Origin: Candidatus Parcubacteria bacterium | Lineage (GTDB): Bacteria; Patescibacteriota; Minisyncoccia; Phycocordibacterales; UBA5272 | Direction of reading: 5' to 3' | Length of the DNA stretch: 64,000 bases | Assembly (NCBI GenBank): GCA_039796775.1 | Contig: JBDKJD010000004.1 | Coordinates: 6,103 to 70,102, forward strand | Part shown: positions 9,264 to 18,892 of the stretch, in pieces | How the letters are laid out: each line of letters opens with the position of its first letter | Numbering within the stretch: the stretch's first letter is position 1 | Program-made: the position numbers and the translations under genes | The notes under the pieces: model-generated | What the model was told of the DNA's origin: nothing | Databases searched by the model: none | What the model saw: the letters and a program-made list of their open reading frames with translations, nothing else

Positions 9264-11120
9264 TTATTCTGTTACAAGAGAGGGGTTGGTTGGCCAATTT
9301 TCTCCTTTGATAAAGGTGGTGATCGGATCAAATGTAATCTTAATACGATTCTTAGATAATACTTCGTCAGCCTCTAAGACAATTGCTGATGTGATAGCAG
9401 GAGAGGTGCCTCTTTGACTAAGAGAAGGTTTGACTGCGAGACTCACCTCACCTGTTTTGGTTTCTCCACCATTAAGAGCTCCGGCATTAAAAGAAACAGT
9501 TCTTGTTCTAGCGTCATAAGAAAATGATTGACCGCTGCCATACACGTCTCTCCATGAAACATAAAAAGGAAGCGTGAAAGAAACTTTAGCATTCTTAATC
9601 GCATTTTGTGCACTAATAGAGAGCGAGACTGTGTAGGTTGTTTGATTATTAGCAACCGGTGGTATTGGACCTGTGTTGTTGAGTGACCCGTTTGCATATG
9701 AAGTTCTAGCTTCGAGTGAAGCACTTCCTTTGATCGCATATGTTTTAGAAAACACATTAGTCACATCAGAATCAGAAACATCAAGAGCTTCAGAGACTAA
9801 GGAGAGTGAAAGCGTTGGTGAGTTGAAGCCACTCGTGACAGTAGGCATACTCACCACAAGTGTTCCCTGACCTCCTGGTGGAAGAATTCTAAGATCAGGG
9901 AGTAACGAAGCATCCCATGTGATGGTTTTCTTTTGTGAATCATAATAACCTTTGTTTGGGGCAACATCATTGTAGATAATAGCGTCACCGTCAAGCGCTA
10001 GTCGTAATACTACATTCTCAAGAGGTTTTGATCCTGCATTCTTGTAACTAATAACCACTGTCACTCTATCGGCGTAGGTAATAGACTCGTCTCCTCCTAT
10101 TGTAGAAGAGAGGGAGAATTGAGTATCGAGTGGCGACTTTCTGAGTGTGACATCTTTGACCGTTGAAGAGTAAACAATGCCAAGCACTTTGTTGGAGTCA
10201 CTTTGTGAACCTAGTTTTGAAACAATAGAAGCAACCTCTCCTACTCTTCCCTTGAAAAATCCCTTCACAAAAAAACTATACTTTTCACCCTTCTTGATTG
10301 AAGGGATTTCCCATGAAGTAGTGCGTGGAAGTGGTGGACGCTCTTCGCTTGCCTTTTCAAAGGATTGAGGGAATGTGACGAGTAACACACTTTTAGGTGA
10401 TGATGTTGATGAATTATTCTCGACCGTGAATATAAACGTTCCTTCTTGTCCAACCGAGAGTACTTCTGGTCCTTTGACTGAGACAGAGACGGGTGGCGTC
10501 TCTATGATTACGTCCGTGGTTACGATTTTGTTAAACGTCGCATTAGATCCTGGTACTTTATATTCCAACTTCACTGTTATATCTCTACTCTCCCCTTCTC
10601 TACCATAAAGACTAAGAGAGAAGTCTTGTCGCTTGAACTCGTCTTTGGCAACAGCTCCGACCGGTCTCTTTTCTTGTATCTTCTCTTGTTCATCTTCAGA
10701 TGACGACCCCTGTTTGTACAATAATGTCAGAGTCACATCTTCAAGTGTCACCTTGTTGTTATTACGAAGTGTAACAACAAGCGGTACAGTATCCCCTCCT
10801 TCGACAAAAGGAGTTATCTCAAGCGTTGTATCTATGTTGGCTGCAGATACTACATTTTGAAGAGAGATAACTCTATATGCAGTAAAAAGAAGCACGAGAA
10901 GCAAAGTAATAAGGGAGAACAAAAAGAACATTAACCCAAAAGAAAATTTCTTATCTTCTTTTTTGACGAGAATAGGACCATCTTCTCCCCAGGATGTTGG
11001 GAGATCGACATTCTTGGTGGACTTCACCCGATGAATATCGGCATTAAAATCTTTATTTTTTGGATCATAGAGCTCATGCTCTATTCTATCAAGAGGGCTT
11101 ATAGTGTTATCTTTTTCCAT
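9264..11120 (-). CDS. large membrane-anchored Ser/Thr/Val-rich surface protein with repeated beta-rich domains
   Basis: 618-aa; N-terminal TM anchor (FFLFSLITLLLVLLF) followed by repetitive T/S/V-rich segments. Confidence 0.5.
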   Translation of the reverse strand: MEKDNTISPLDRIEHELYDPKNKDFNADIHRVKSTKNVDLPTSWGEDGPILVKKEDKKFSFGLMFFLFSLITLLLVLLFTAYRVISLQNVVSAANIDTTLEITPFVEGGDTVPLVVTLRNNNKVTLEDVTLTLLYKQGSSSEDEQEKIQEKRPVGAVAKDEFKRQDFSLSLYGREGESRDITVKLEYKVPGSNATFNKIVTTDVIIETPPVSVSVKGPEVLSVGQEGTFIFTVENNSSTSSPKSVLLVTFPQSFEKASEERPPLPRTTSWEIPSIKKGEKYSFFVKGFFKGRVGEVASIVSKLGSQSDSNKVLGIVYSSTVKDVTLRKSPLDTQFSLSSTIGGDESITYADRVTVVISYKNAGSKPLENVVLRLALDGDAIIYNDVAPNKGYYDSQKKTITWDASLLPDLRILPPGGQGTLVVSMPTVTSGFNSPTLSLSLVSEALDVSDSDVTNVFSKTYAIKGSASLEARTSYANGSLNNTGPIPPVANNQTTYTVSLSISAQNAIKNAKVSFTLPFYVSWRDVYGSGQSFSYDARTRTVSFNAGALNGGETKTGEVSLAVKPSLSQRGTSPAITSAIVLEADEVLSKNRIKITFDPITTFIKGENWPTNPSLVTE

Positions 11121-11166
11121 ACAACGTATATGTAGAATTGTATCTATGAGTATAGCAGACTTGTGA

Positions 11167-11721
11167 TTATAATTGTGATTCTTTGAGCACTTGTAATGTA
11201 TGACGCTTCACTCTTTCTTTGTTGAGAAGTACATGAGTATAGAGATCATGTGTCGTGTATGACTTATATTCTGTTATATCTTTGGCACCTATTATCATAG
11301 CGTCAGCATATCCAAGCTCAACCAACATCACATAATGAATAAGGAGTCTTGTCGTTTCTTCGTCATATGAAGCACTCGCTTCTAATAACGCATACATCTG
11401 ATCGTATAATCTTCTACTTGGACCTTGTCCTTTGATGAATCTATTAATAAGCGAAGTGATTGTGTCGTGTAATGTTGACTCCATCAGTATCTCTTCCCCA
11501 CCTACTACTCTCCATACTTCTTTGCCTCTTACTAAAGTAACTCTTGATAATTGCCTTGGGCGTATATGCGCTCTTAACTTACTCTCCAATTTTCTAATAC
11601 CTTTGGCGATAGCAATAATCAAACCGAACTCTCTTGTGAAAAGTTTAAAAGCTTTGTCATGTTCTCCTTGATCATAACTTTCGATAACAAAAGAATCTGT
11701 TGTGTATTTTTCTATAGCCAC
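11167..11721 (-). CDS. recO: DNA repair protein RecO (short form)
   Basis: N-terminal OB-fold pattern (..SFVIESYDQGEHDKAFKLFTREFGLIIAIAKGIRKLESKL..) matching RecO. Confidence 0.55.
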   Translation of the reverse strand: MAIEKYTTDSFVIESYDQGEHDKAFKLFTREFGLIIAIAKGIRKLESKLRAHIRPRQLSRVTLVRGKEVWRVVGGEEILMESTLHDTITSLINRFIKGQGPSRRLYDQMYALLEASASYDEETTRLLIHYVMLVELGYADAMIIGAKDITEYKSYTTHDLYTHVLLNKERVKRHTLQVLKESQL

Positions 11722-11748
11722 AATGGAAGAGATGTTAGAGCTTAGACA

Positions 11749-14700
11749 TTAGACAACAGATAAATACACCACACCAGAAGAAAGTTCGACCACGTTCTCG
11801 GTAAGCGATATGTCGACTTTAATTTCTTTTATTTTGCAAACAGAAAGAAGTGAAGACATGTCTCCAAAATCAAGATCTTTTGAGATAGTGAGAGTTATCT
11901 CATCTCCAGGGACGAGCCCTGCTTCTTTGCGAGCATCCTGTACTGCGCGCATTACCTTACGGAGATCCCCCTCTTTCTGCAACTCTTCGGTGATAGTTGT
12001 ATCTAAGGTTACATCTTCTACTTGGCTTACATCATACTTAACCTCTTTCACATTAAGCTCATCAAGTATGAGCTGTTTATATTCATCATCTAGTTTTTCT
12101 TTAAATGTGACAGAAAGGAGAGGCTGCTTAACATTAAGCTTAAGAGCTGTTCTTTTCATGAGTCCTAGGGAGACAAGTTCACGAGTCTTCTTCATCATAG
12201 TGAGAACTTCTTCTTCGATCATTCCTTCGCTTGGCCAGCTCTCTAGGTGTACAGATTCTTTCTCTTTGCTCACCGTCATATAGATACGCTCAGCCATAAA
12301 CGGCATAACAGGCGCTATAGCTTTTGAGAATACATCTAGGGCGTATGATAGTACTCCGTAGGTTTCTTTCTTTATCTCCTCACCTTCATCTCCTTTAAGT
12401 GCGCCTCTTGTGCGGCGTACATACCACACAGAAAGATCATCCACGAACTGATCGACTCCTCGAGTTGCTTCATCAAGAGTGTAGGAGTTATACCCACTAG
12501 TTGCGTCTCTTACAACCTCATGGACACGACTAAGTATCCACCTGTCTAGTACATTGTTTCCGACAGACATTCTTTCTGCACCGTCTATCTTATTCATCTC
12601 GTAGAGAGAGAGCACATTCTCAAGACGCTGTATAACTTTTTTGTACACCTCTTCCACACTCTTATCTGAGAACTCAACACTCTCACCCTTAATAACTGGC
12701 GATGATAAAAGAAAGTATCTAATTGCATCAACACCGAATTTTTCTACAAGTAGAAGCGGGTCAGTATAATTTTTCTTACTCTTACTCATTTTCTCTCCAC
12801 CTTCTGCAAGCACCACGCCATTTACAATGACATGTCTGTACGGCGCCTTATCAAAGAGTCCGACACTTAGATTGATGAGTGAATAGAACCAACCTCTTGT
12901 CTGGTCCATCCCTTCTGCGATAAAGTCAGCAGGAAAGTTTTTATCAAAGAGTTCTTTGTTCTCAAATGGATAATGAAGAGAAGCGAAAGGCATAGACCCA
13001 GATTCGTACCAACAATCAAACACATCAACTACACGCTTGTATTCTTTCCCATCAATCTCTAAGACAACCTCATCTATATACGGACGATGAAGATTAATAG
13101 CTCCAGTCTCATCTCTTGGGACGAGCAATAGATCAAGCTTTCTCACTTCTGCATTGCCTGGATAAAGCTTCGCACCTTCATGTTCGTCATCATGTATCAA
13201 CTCTTCTTCTGTTGTGAGAGTAGCTCCAGCAAAAATCATACGCGCAGGACCCCCGTGGGTAACGATGAGAATATTTTTTCCTTCATAGTTCTTCTCAAGA
13301 TCACAGAGTGCGGCCACGGAGCGATGCATCATCTCTTCGTGAGTCTCTCCGCCTTCTACACGAGTATCATATGCAACGAATGATCCAGGAAGAGAGGCGA
13401 AGTATTCATCCCTACTCTTCCCGTCAAAGATTCCCATGTCATACTCTCTCAGTCTTTCATCAAACTCAACCTTAACGCCAAGGATACTGCCAACAATCTC
13501 TGCTGTTTCCTTTCCACGAAGTACAGGAGACGCGACAATCATGTCTATCTTTTTGTCCTGAAGAAGTAGAGCGGCGTCTGTTGCCTGACTCATCCCCTTT
13601 TCCGTAAGATGATTATCTTTATTGGTGCCTTTATCTAAAATATTATTCACATTGCTCCACGCTTCTCCGTGACGCATGACATAGTAGGTGTTCTTTGGTT
13701 TATCTTTGCGAAGCTGCGCGAGCTCTTTCAAGGAACCCAAAACTTTTATATCTCCATCTTCGCTCTTCCACACAGGAAGTGGTGCCCCCCAATACCGTGT
13801 GCGAGATACAGCCCATTCACGAGCCCCTTCTAACCACTTGCCGAAACGGCCATCTTTAATATGTGACGGTGTCCAACCAATCTTACTATTTTCTTCTAGG
13901 AGTTTGTCTTTGATTTTTGGAACATCGATAAACCATGACGATGTCGCATAGTTAAGAAGCGGTGTAGAACATCTCCAGCAGAGTGGATATGAGTGGACTA
14001 TCTTATGCTTCTCAAAAAGCTTCCCGTTATGGGCGAGCCATTTAATGATTTCAATATCAGCTGATTGAGTATCATCCTTCTTCTTCACTTTCATTCCAGC
14101 AAAATCAGTCACAGCATCTGTGAATGTTCCATCCATCTTCACGTGCTTAATAATTGGTATCTTGTTAGCTTTTGCTAATTCCATGTCATCTGCTCCAAAG
14201 GCTGGAGCTTCGTGCGCGACACCTGTTCCTGTGTCGTCGGTGATGAAGTCTGCGTGCCATATCTTCCAAATGTTTTCTTTGTTCTCAAGAGAGACGTCTT
14301 TGAAGTAAGCAAATGGTGGGAGGTATGACTTACCTATCAAACTATTAACATCTACTATTTCTCCTACGGTAAACACCTTTCCTTTGAAAGTTTCTTCCAC
14401 TCGACTTTTAGCCAGAATAAAGGTTGCACCTTCTTCCCCTTCTACATTCATTACTTTTACATACTCTATATCTTTATGGATTGCGAGTGCTGTATTTCCA
14501 GGAAGAGTCCACGGTGTTGTAGTCCACGCGAGAACATATGTTCCCAGCTCATCACAAAGCTCAAACTTCACAGTTACTGAGAGATCTGTGACATCATGAT
14601 ACTCAAGACCAACCTCTGATTGAGCAAGCGGGGTCTCACATCTCGGACAGATATGCATCATCTTATTCCCTTCATATGCGAGACCCTTCGTATAGAGTTC

Positions 14701-15198
14701 TTTCCACGCCCACCAAATACTTTCTGTATAGGTGTGATCCATCGTCTTGTACGGATGCTCCATATCAACCCATCTTCCAAGACGGGGAACTATTCTTTTC
14801 CACTCTGCATCATATTGTAGAACTGACGCAGCAGCCTCATGATTAAACTTTCCTATTCCATACTCTTCAATGTCTTTCTTCGACGCGAGTTCGAGTTTCT
14901 TCTCTATCAAGTTCTCAATTGGAAGCCCATGACAATCCCAACCCCATACACGACGAACACTGTTCCCCTTCATTGTTTGATATCTTGGAATCGCATCTTT
15001 GATGGTACCTGCCAAGATATGTCCCATATGTGGAAGACCTGTTGCAAACGGAGGCCCGTCATAAAAAGTAAAATCTCCTTTTGGTACATCTCCGCCTGGA
15101 GTCTCGAGCGACTTTTCAAAAATCTTTTTCTCTTGCCAGAAAGCCAATGTCTCTAACTCTTTCTCGTTAATAGTTTTTGGGGTTGGGGTATCGTTCAT
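11749..15198 (-). CDS. ileS: isoleucyl-tRNA synthetase (eukaryote/archaeal type 2) carrying an inserted histidine-phosphatase (PGAM-like, RHG) domain
   Basis: PPFATGLPHMGHIL (HMGH), WAVSRTRYWGAPLPVW, KMSKSKKN; ~165 extra residues (aa ~504-665, nt 13204-13689) with RHGE...THGG histidine-phosphatase signature between PLPVW and LHRPYIDE. Confidence 0.9.
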   Translation of the reverse strand: MNDTPTPKTINEKELETLAFWQEKKIFEKSLETPGGDVPKGDFTFYDGPPFATGLPHMGHILAGTIKDAIPRYQTMKGNSVRRVWGWDCHGLPIENLIEKKLELASKKDIEEYGIGKFNHEAAASVLQYDAEWKRIVPRLGRWVDMEHPYKTMDHTYTESIWWAWKELYTKGLAYEGNKMMHICPRCETPLAQSEVGLEYHDVTDLSVTVKFELCDELGTYVLAWTTTPWTLPGNTALAIHKDIEYVKVMNVEGEEGATFILAKSRVEETFKGKVFTVGEIVDVNSLIGKSYLPPFAYFKDVSLENKENIWKIWHADFITDDTGTGVAHEAPAFGADDMELAKANKIPIIKHVKMDGTFTDAVTDFAGMKVKKKDDTQSADIEIIKWLAHNGKLFEKHKIVHSYPLCWRCSTPLLNYATSSWFIDVPKIKDKLLEENSKIGWTPSHIKDGRFGKWLEGAREWAVSRTRYWGAPLPVWKSEDGDIKVLGSLKELAQLRKDKPKNTYYVMRHGEAWSNVNNILDKGTNKDNHLTEKGMSQATDAALLLQDKKIDMIVASPVLRGKETAEIVGSILGVKVEFDERLREYDMGIFDGKSRDEYFASLPGSFVAYDTRVEGGETHEEMMHRSVAALCDLEKNYEGKNILIVTHGGPARMIFAGATLTTEEELIHDDEHEGAKLYPGNAEVRKLDLLLVPRDETGAINLHRPYIDEVVLEIDGKEYKRVVDVFDCWYESGSMPFASLHYPFENKELFDKNFPADFIAEGMDQTRGWFYSLINLSVGLFDKAPYRHVIVNGVVLAEGGEKMSKSKKNYTDPLLLVEKFGVDAIRYFLLSSPVIKGESVEFSDKSVEEVYKKVIQRLENVLSLYEMNKIDGAERMSVGNNVLDRWILSRVHEVVRDATSGYNSYTLDEATRGVDQFVDDLSVWYVRRTRGALKGDEGEEIKKETYGVLSYALDVFSKAIAPVMPFMAERIYMTVSKEKESVHLESWPSEGMIEEEVLTMMKKTRELVSLGLMKRTALKLNVKQPLLSVTFKEKLDDEYKQLILDELNVKEVKYDVSQVEDVTLDTTITEELQKEGDLRKVMRAVQDARKEAGLVPGDEITLTISKDLDFGDMSSLLSVCKIKEIKVDISLTENVVELSSGVVYLSVV

Positions 15199-15480
15199 AA
15201 TAATTAATTAGTTGATAGAAAAAAGAAAACTCGCCCTCATGAACTACGATTTCTCATAGTTCACAAGGACGAGCATTCTTAAATGTCGTGGTACCACCTT
15301 GGTTTATGTTCGCATCGTTAAGAAAAAGTTTTTTTCTTAACGATGCGAACAACTCATTTGTATTGGGTTCTACTTAGTATTTCCATAGGTCTTGCCTATG
15401 GGAATACTTTTCTTCCCATAACTCCGGGGTGATTAGTCCCATCAACGTTATATAGTTACTATTCTATAGTATTGATAATA
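15199..15480 (-). promoter_or_regulatory. T-box riboswitch leader (Ile specifier) with intrinsic terminator upstream of ileS
   Basis: On minus strand: specifier-like loop GGGACUAAUCACCCC (AUC+A), T-box sequence AAGGUGGUACCACG, then terminator CUCGUCCUUGUGAACUA...UAGUUCAUGAGGGCGAG followed by UUUUCUUUUUU just before the ATG; plus a 21-bp perfect hairpin (15311-15355). Confidence 0.7.
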
Positions 15481-15513
15481 AAACACAAGGATGAAAGAAA
15501 AGAGTAAAGTACA

Positions 15514-16017
15514 TTAGGATAGAGATGATATCTTTTCTTTATCTAAAAGAGCAATGTTATCTGCTGTAAAAACAGGAGTATACAATCTAACTGAAACATA
15601 CAGATTTTTATCAAAAGTAACAAGAGGAACTCCTATAGCTAAAGAGTGTGCAGCTATAGTAAGATCTGTTGTTCTTAAAAAGTTATCCCTAATCTTTTTC
15701 TTAACCTCTTCTTTGCTGTGAAACTTATGGACGGCTTTAATAAAACTCAAGAAAGACAACTTAAGGACCACTACACCGGGATCAAAAATAAATTTAGTAA
15801 TAGCTTTTTGCACATCCTCTGGATGATAACCTTTTCTTAACAAAACAATAGCTGTCTCTTCTATGCTCGTCTCACTAACAAAAATTCTTTTCTTTTTTCC
15901 TAAGTCTGATCCTATCTTTCTCACAAAATCTGCCGCAGCAGAACTTAACTCTTCATCAGGAACAAGTAGACCTATGACAACATTGGAATCGATCAGGAAG
16001 CCACTATACTGATCCAT
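15514..16017 (-). CDS. PIN-domain ribonuclease (VapC-like toxin)
   Basis: N-terminal FLIDSNVVIG.. and C-terminal TDLTIAAHSLAIGVPLVTFDK acidic-quartet pattern. Confidence 0.7.
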   Translation of the reverse strand: MDQYSGFLIDSNVVIGLLVPDEELSSAAADFVRKIGSDLGKKKRIFVSETSIEETAIVLLRKGYHPEDVQKAITKFIFDPGVVVLKLSFLSFIKAVHKFHSKEEVKKKIRDNFLRTTDLTIAAHSLAIGVPLVTFDKNLYVSVRLYTPVFTADNIALLDKEKISSLS

Positions 16018-16117
16018 ATCTTAGTTCAGACAAAATTTGCGCTGCACTTTTTTCAGATTTTATTTTAGGTAACTTTATTTTAAGCAAATTGCTTTTTATA
16101 ACAGTTTTTTTATTCAT
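16004..16117 (-). CDS. small ORF (37 aa, MNKKTVIKSNLLKIKLPKIKSEKSAAQILSELRYGSV) overlapping PIN gene start; putative antitoxin
   Basis: ATG at 16117, stop overlaps PIN start by 14 nt (typical TA coupling); not in ORF track (<60 aa). Confidence 0.25.
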   Translation of the reverse strand: MNKKTVIKSNLLKIKLPKIKSEKSAAQILSELRYGSV

Positions 16118-16203
16118 AAAATAATGATAACACTTTGGTTAAAAAATAAAAAGGTTATCTATAAATCACTAATTACTCCCCACTTCGCTAAAGCGTAGCG
16201 GGA

Positions 16204-16237
16204 TGATTTTCAGGCGATGTCCCCAGCCTGAAAATCA
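16204..16237 (-). other. 12-bp perfect inverted repeat (TGATTTTCAGGC-10nt-GCCTGAAAATCA) overlapping argS stop codon
   Basis: seen directly; no U-tract after it, so not a canonical terminator. Confidence 0.3.
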
Positions 16238-17971
16238 CATTCTCTCAGGCGCATTACATCCAAGAACATGGAGCCCGTCCTTGAGAATATACTTCACTCT
16301 TCTCACAATAGCTAAGCGATGAGCATTCCCCTCCACATCTTCCTCTACAATAATCTGATTCGATGCATAATAACTATTAAATGATTGGGCGATAGTAAAA
16401 AGATAACTCACGAGCTTCTGTGGTGAGAGTGTATCGATAACGTCTGTGAGCACTTCTTCGTAATGAAGCAACTCTCTTTCAAGTGATGTAGCTGCGAAAT
16501 TACCAAACTCTGGATTCTCGACACCACCCTTCTCAAGAAGTGATGAAGTACGTGCATGCGTATACATGAGGTACGGACCAGAGTCTCCTTCAAATGACAA
16601 TGACGTCTCAGGGTCAAAGTTAATATTGATACCCGGCTTTGAACGAAGCACTGCCACACGAAGTGCAGAGAGTGCAACATCTCGCACAAGACTATCTTTT
16701 TCTTCATCACTTAAGTGCGCAATTTTGTCACTACTTTTTTCTCTTACTTCTTCTTCGACTGCAGCAATAACATCAAGCGCAAGCGGTACACCACCTAAGC
16801 GACTAGACATCTTAGCTCCTTTAAAGAGCATGCGACCGTGAGGTACGTGTATACTTTTATCAGCCCACGATTTCCATGTGGCATCTATCTTTGAAGTCGC
16901 ATCAAGAACAACCTTGAAGTGGTGCGTCTGTTCTGTGTCTGTTATAAAATATGATACATCAACATTTCCGTACTCAGTAAACTTTTTGTAAATAAGCCCT
17001 ATATCTTTCGCTTCGTAGGTTGGGTGCCCTTCGCTATTAATGAATACTGAGGTATTAATATCTTTTCTCTCTTCATCTGGAACATAGACGATTGCACCCT
17101 GACTTTCAGTAAACACTTTCCCTTCTCCAGTGTGATTAAGAACAATTTCTTTCCCGATCTCTTCAACATCACTTTCAAAAATAACTTTTCCCATTTTTGA
17201 GCCAAGGCTTTCGAGTGCGTTTTCAAAATAGATAGTATTAATGCTTCTTGCTTTGTGCCATAACTCTACATCTTCTCCAGAATTTTTCTCATAAAGATTC
17301 TTAGCGATCTGTCGCATCTCTTTTTCTGCTTCTTGATTTTCTTTTGCAAGAGCTACTCCACGCACGTAACAGGTTCCGAAATAATCTACTATCTTTGACT
17401 CTTCTTCAAGCGAATGATCTTGTAAAAGAAAATTAATATCAGGTGACACACCCTCTTCTTTATCCTTCTTCCAAATATAAATAGCCTTGGCGATACCAAA
17501 AGAAATGTCAGATGGGAAACATAGTACTTGGGGTTGTGTCCCTCCTCTTGCTACAGCACGAGTAACAAACTCTCCGACAATATTATTCATCAAGTGCCCA
17601 ATATGGAACGGCTTAAAAAGGTTCGGAGATGAGTGCTCAACAAGAATTTTTTTTCCTTTTAATCTTATAGAGATTTCTTTTTCTTTGTTTTCTTCTCGGA
17701 TCTTTTCGTCTGTTAAGAAAAAATTAATAAACCCAGGACCTGCGATTTCTATTTTAGAAATAACGCCCTTTTCTTTTAAAGCAATCTCGAGTTTCGCAAC
17801 AAACTCATCAGCAAGAGCTTTTGGAGAAACACCTCGCGGTTTAGCAAGAACAAGACATACGTTAGTAGCGTAGTCACCATAAGCAATATCAGAAGGGGTC
17901 TCAAGAATAAATGACACATTTTCTCCTCCTAATTTCTGTATTTCATTTTTTATGACATCATATGCATTCAT
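16235..17971 (-). CDS. argS: arginyl-tRNA synthetase
   Basis: ArgRS N-terminal add-1 domain, HIGH motif (PFHIGHLMNN), C-terminal DALM anticodon-binding domain. Confidence 0.9.
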   Translation of the reverse strand: MNAYDVIKNEIQKLGGENVSFILETPSDIAYGDYATNVCLVLAKPRGVSPKALADEFVAKLEIALKEKGVISKIEIAGPGFINFFLTDEKIREENKEKEISIRLKGKKILVEHSSPNLFKPFHIGHLMNNIVGEFVTRAVARGGTQPQVLCFPSDISFGIAKAIYIWKKDKEEGVSPDINFLLQDHSLEEESKIVDYFGTCYVRGVALAKENQEAEKEMRQIAKNLYEKNSGEDVELWHKARSINTIYFENALESLGSKMGKVIFESDVEEIGKEIVLNHTGEGKVFTESQGAIVYVPDEERKDINTSVFINSEGHPTYEAKDIGLIYKKFTEYGNVDVSYFITDTEQTHHFKVVLDATSKIDATWKSWADKSIHVPHGRMLFKGAKMSSRLGGVPLALDVIAAVEEEVREKSSDKIAHLSDEEKDSLVRDVALSALRVAVLRSKPGININFDPETSLSFEGDSGPYLMYTHARTSSLLEKGGVENPEFGNFAATSLERELLHYEEVLTDVIDTLSPQKLVSYLFTIAQSFNSYYASNQIIVEEDVEGNAHRLAIVRRVKYILKDGLHVLGCNAPERM

Positions 17972-18010
17972 GTCTCTATACTACATCATTTGTTATATAT
18001 TAAAAAGAAA

Positions 18011-18042
18011 GAGCCAGAATTTGCGTACGCAAATTCTGGCTC
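18011..18042 (-). terminator. 32-nt perfect palindrome (GAGCCAGAATTTGC GTAC GCAAATTCTGGCTC) between tmk and argS
   Basis: 14-bp stem, followed on minus strand by U-rich tract. Confidence 0.6.
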
Positions 18043-18060
18043 TCATGCATGCATGAGTAA

Positions 18061-18759
18061 TCAAAACTTTAAATTAAGCCGAGGCCTAATTTTTTCGACT
18101 ACCAGCTGGTGTACTTCAACACGGGTCAATTCATACCCATCATCACGTACGCATGGAATACTGAGCCAGTTAAATGTTTTGGCATAAAACATTCCTGCCT
18201 CATGTCCGTTTCGGACATATACTAGATCACGCTCTACTGCATCAAGCTGACCACCCGTTGACTGAGCTCTCAATTGTGCACGTTTCTGAGAAACCTCAAA
18301 CGGTAATTCAAGATATACGGTCACGTGCGGAGGTGGAAGCTTAAGCATTCCATACTCAAAATCATAGAGCCATCGACCAAACTTTTCTCTTTCTTCTTCT
18401 GTTGGAAACTTACCACCCTGGTGAAGTAAGTTGGATTCAACATATCGATCAAAGATCAAAATGTCATTTACTTGAATCAATTGCTCTAAATGTGGAAGAG
18501 ATTCTCTGCGATCTGCAGAGTAAAGTTGACTTGCGGCATATGGATCAACGTTTGCAAAGTTGTATACGTCTTTGTTGGGACCTTTCAGTGCCTCCCACAA
18601 AGCCCAACCCCCTGCGGTCTATTTATACCTTGGAAAGGAAACACTCCCGACGGTTTTTCCTTTCTCCGTAAACCACTTTTTAAGCATACTGCTTTGAGTT
18701 TCTTTACCAGAACCGTCTGACCCTTCAATAGCGATCAAAATTGTATCATTGCTTGACAT
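18061..18759 (-). CDS. tmk: thymidylate kinase, interrupted by a single in-frame TAG (18619-18621) between the P-loop segment and the rest
   Basis: ATG 18759 with AAGGAG RBS; MSSNDTILIAIEGSDGSGKETQSS..VSFPRYK-TAG-TAGGWALWEALKG...IFDRYVESNLLHQGG; whole conserved Tmk core in one frame. Confidence 0.7.
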
Positions 18760-18892
18760 GTCTTTTCTCCTTCACCTTTCGGTATGAATGTAAAATGAAC
18801 CTACATCTTAGCCTACAGTAAAGAAAGAGATGTCACAAGCAAACAAAAAAGGCAGATGTCAATCCGCCTTTTAACCCTTTCGGGAAAGAACT

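Noticed and set aside
11810-12283. Antisense ORFs inside ileS (and similar inside metG, argS, pyrG, perM-like, surface protein, recO)
   Set aside because: Opposite-strand frames within strongly conserved genes. Ser/Leu-rich, no starts with RBS.
16204-16237. Intrinsic terminator for argS
   Set aside because: Perfect 12-bp inverted repeat overlaps the stop codon but is not followed by a U-tract on the minus strand. Kept only as an inverted repeat.
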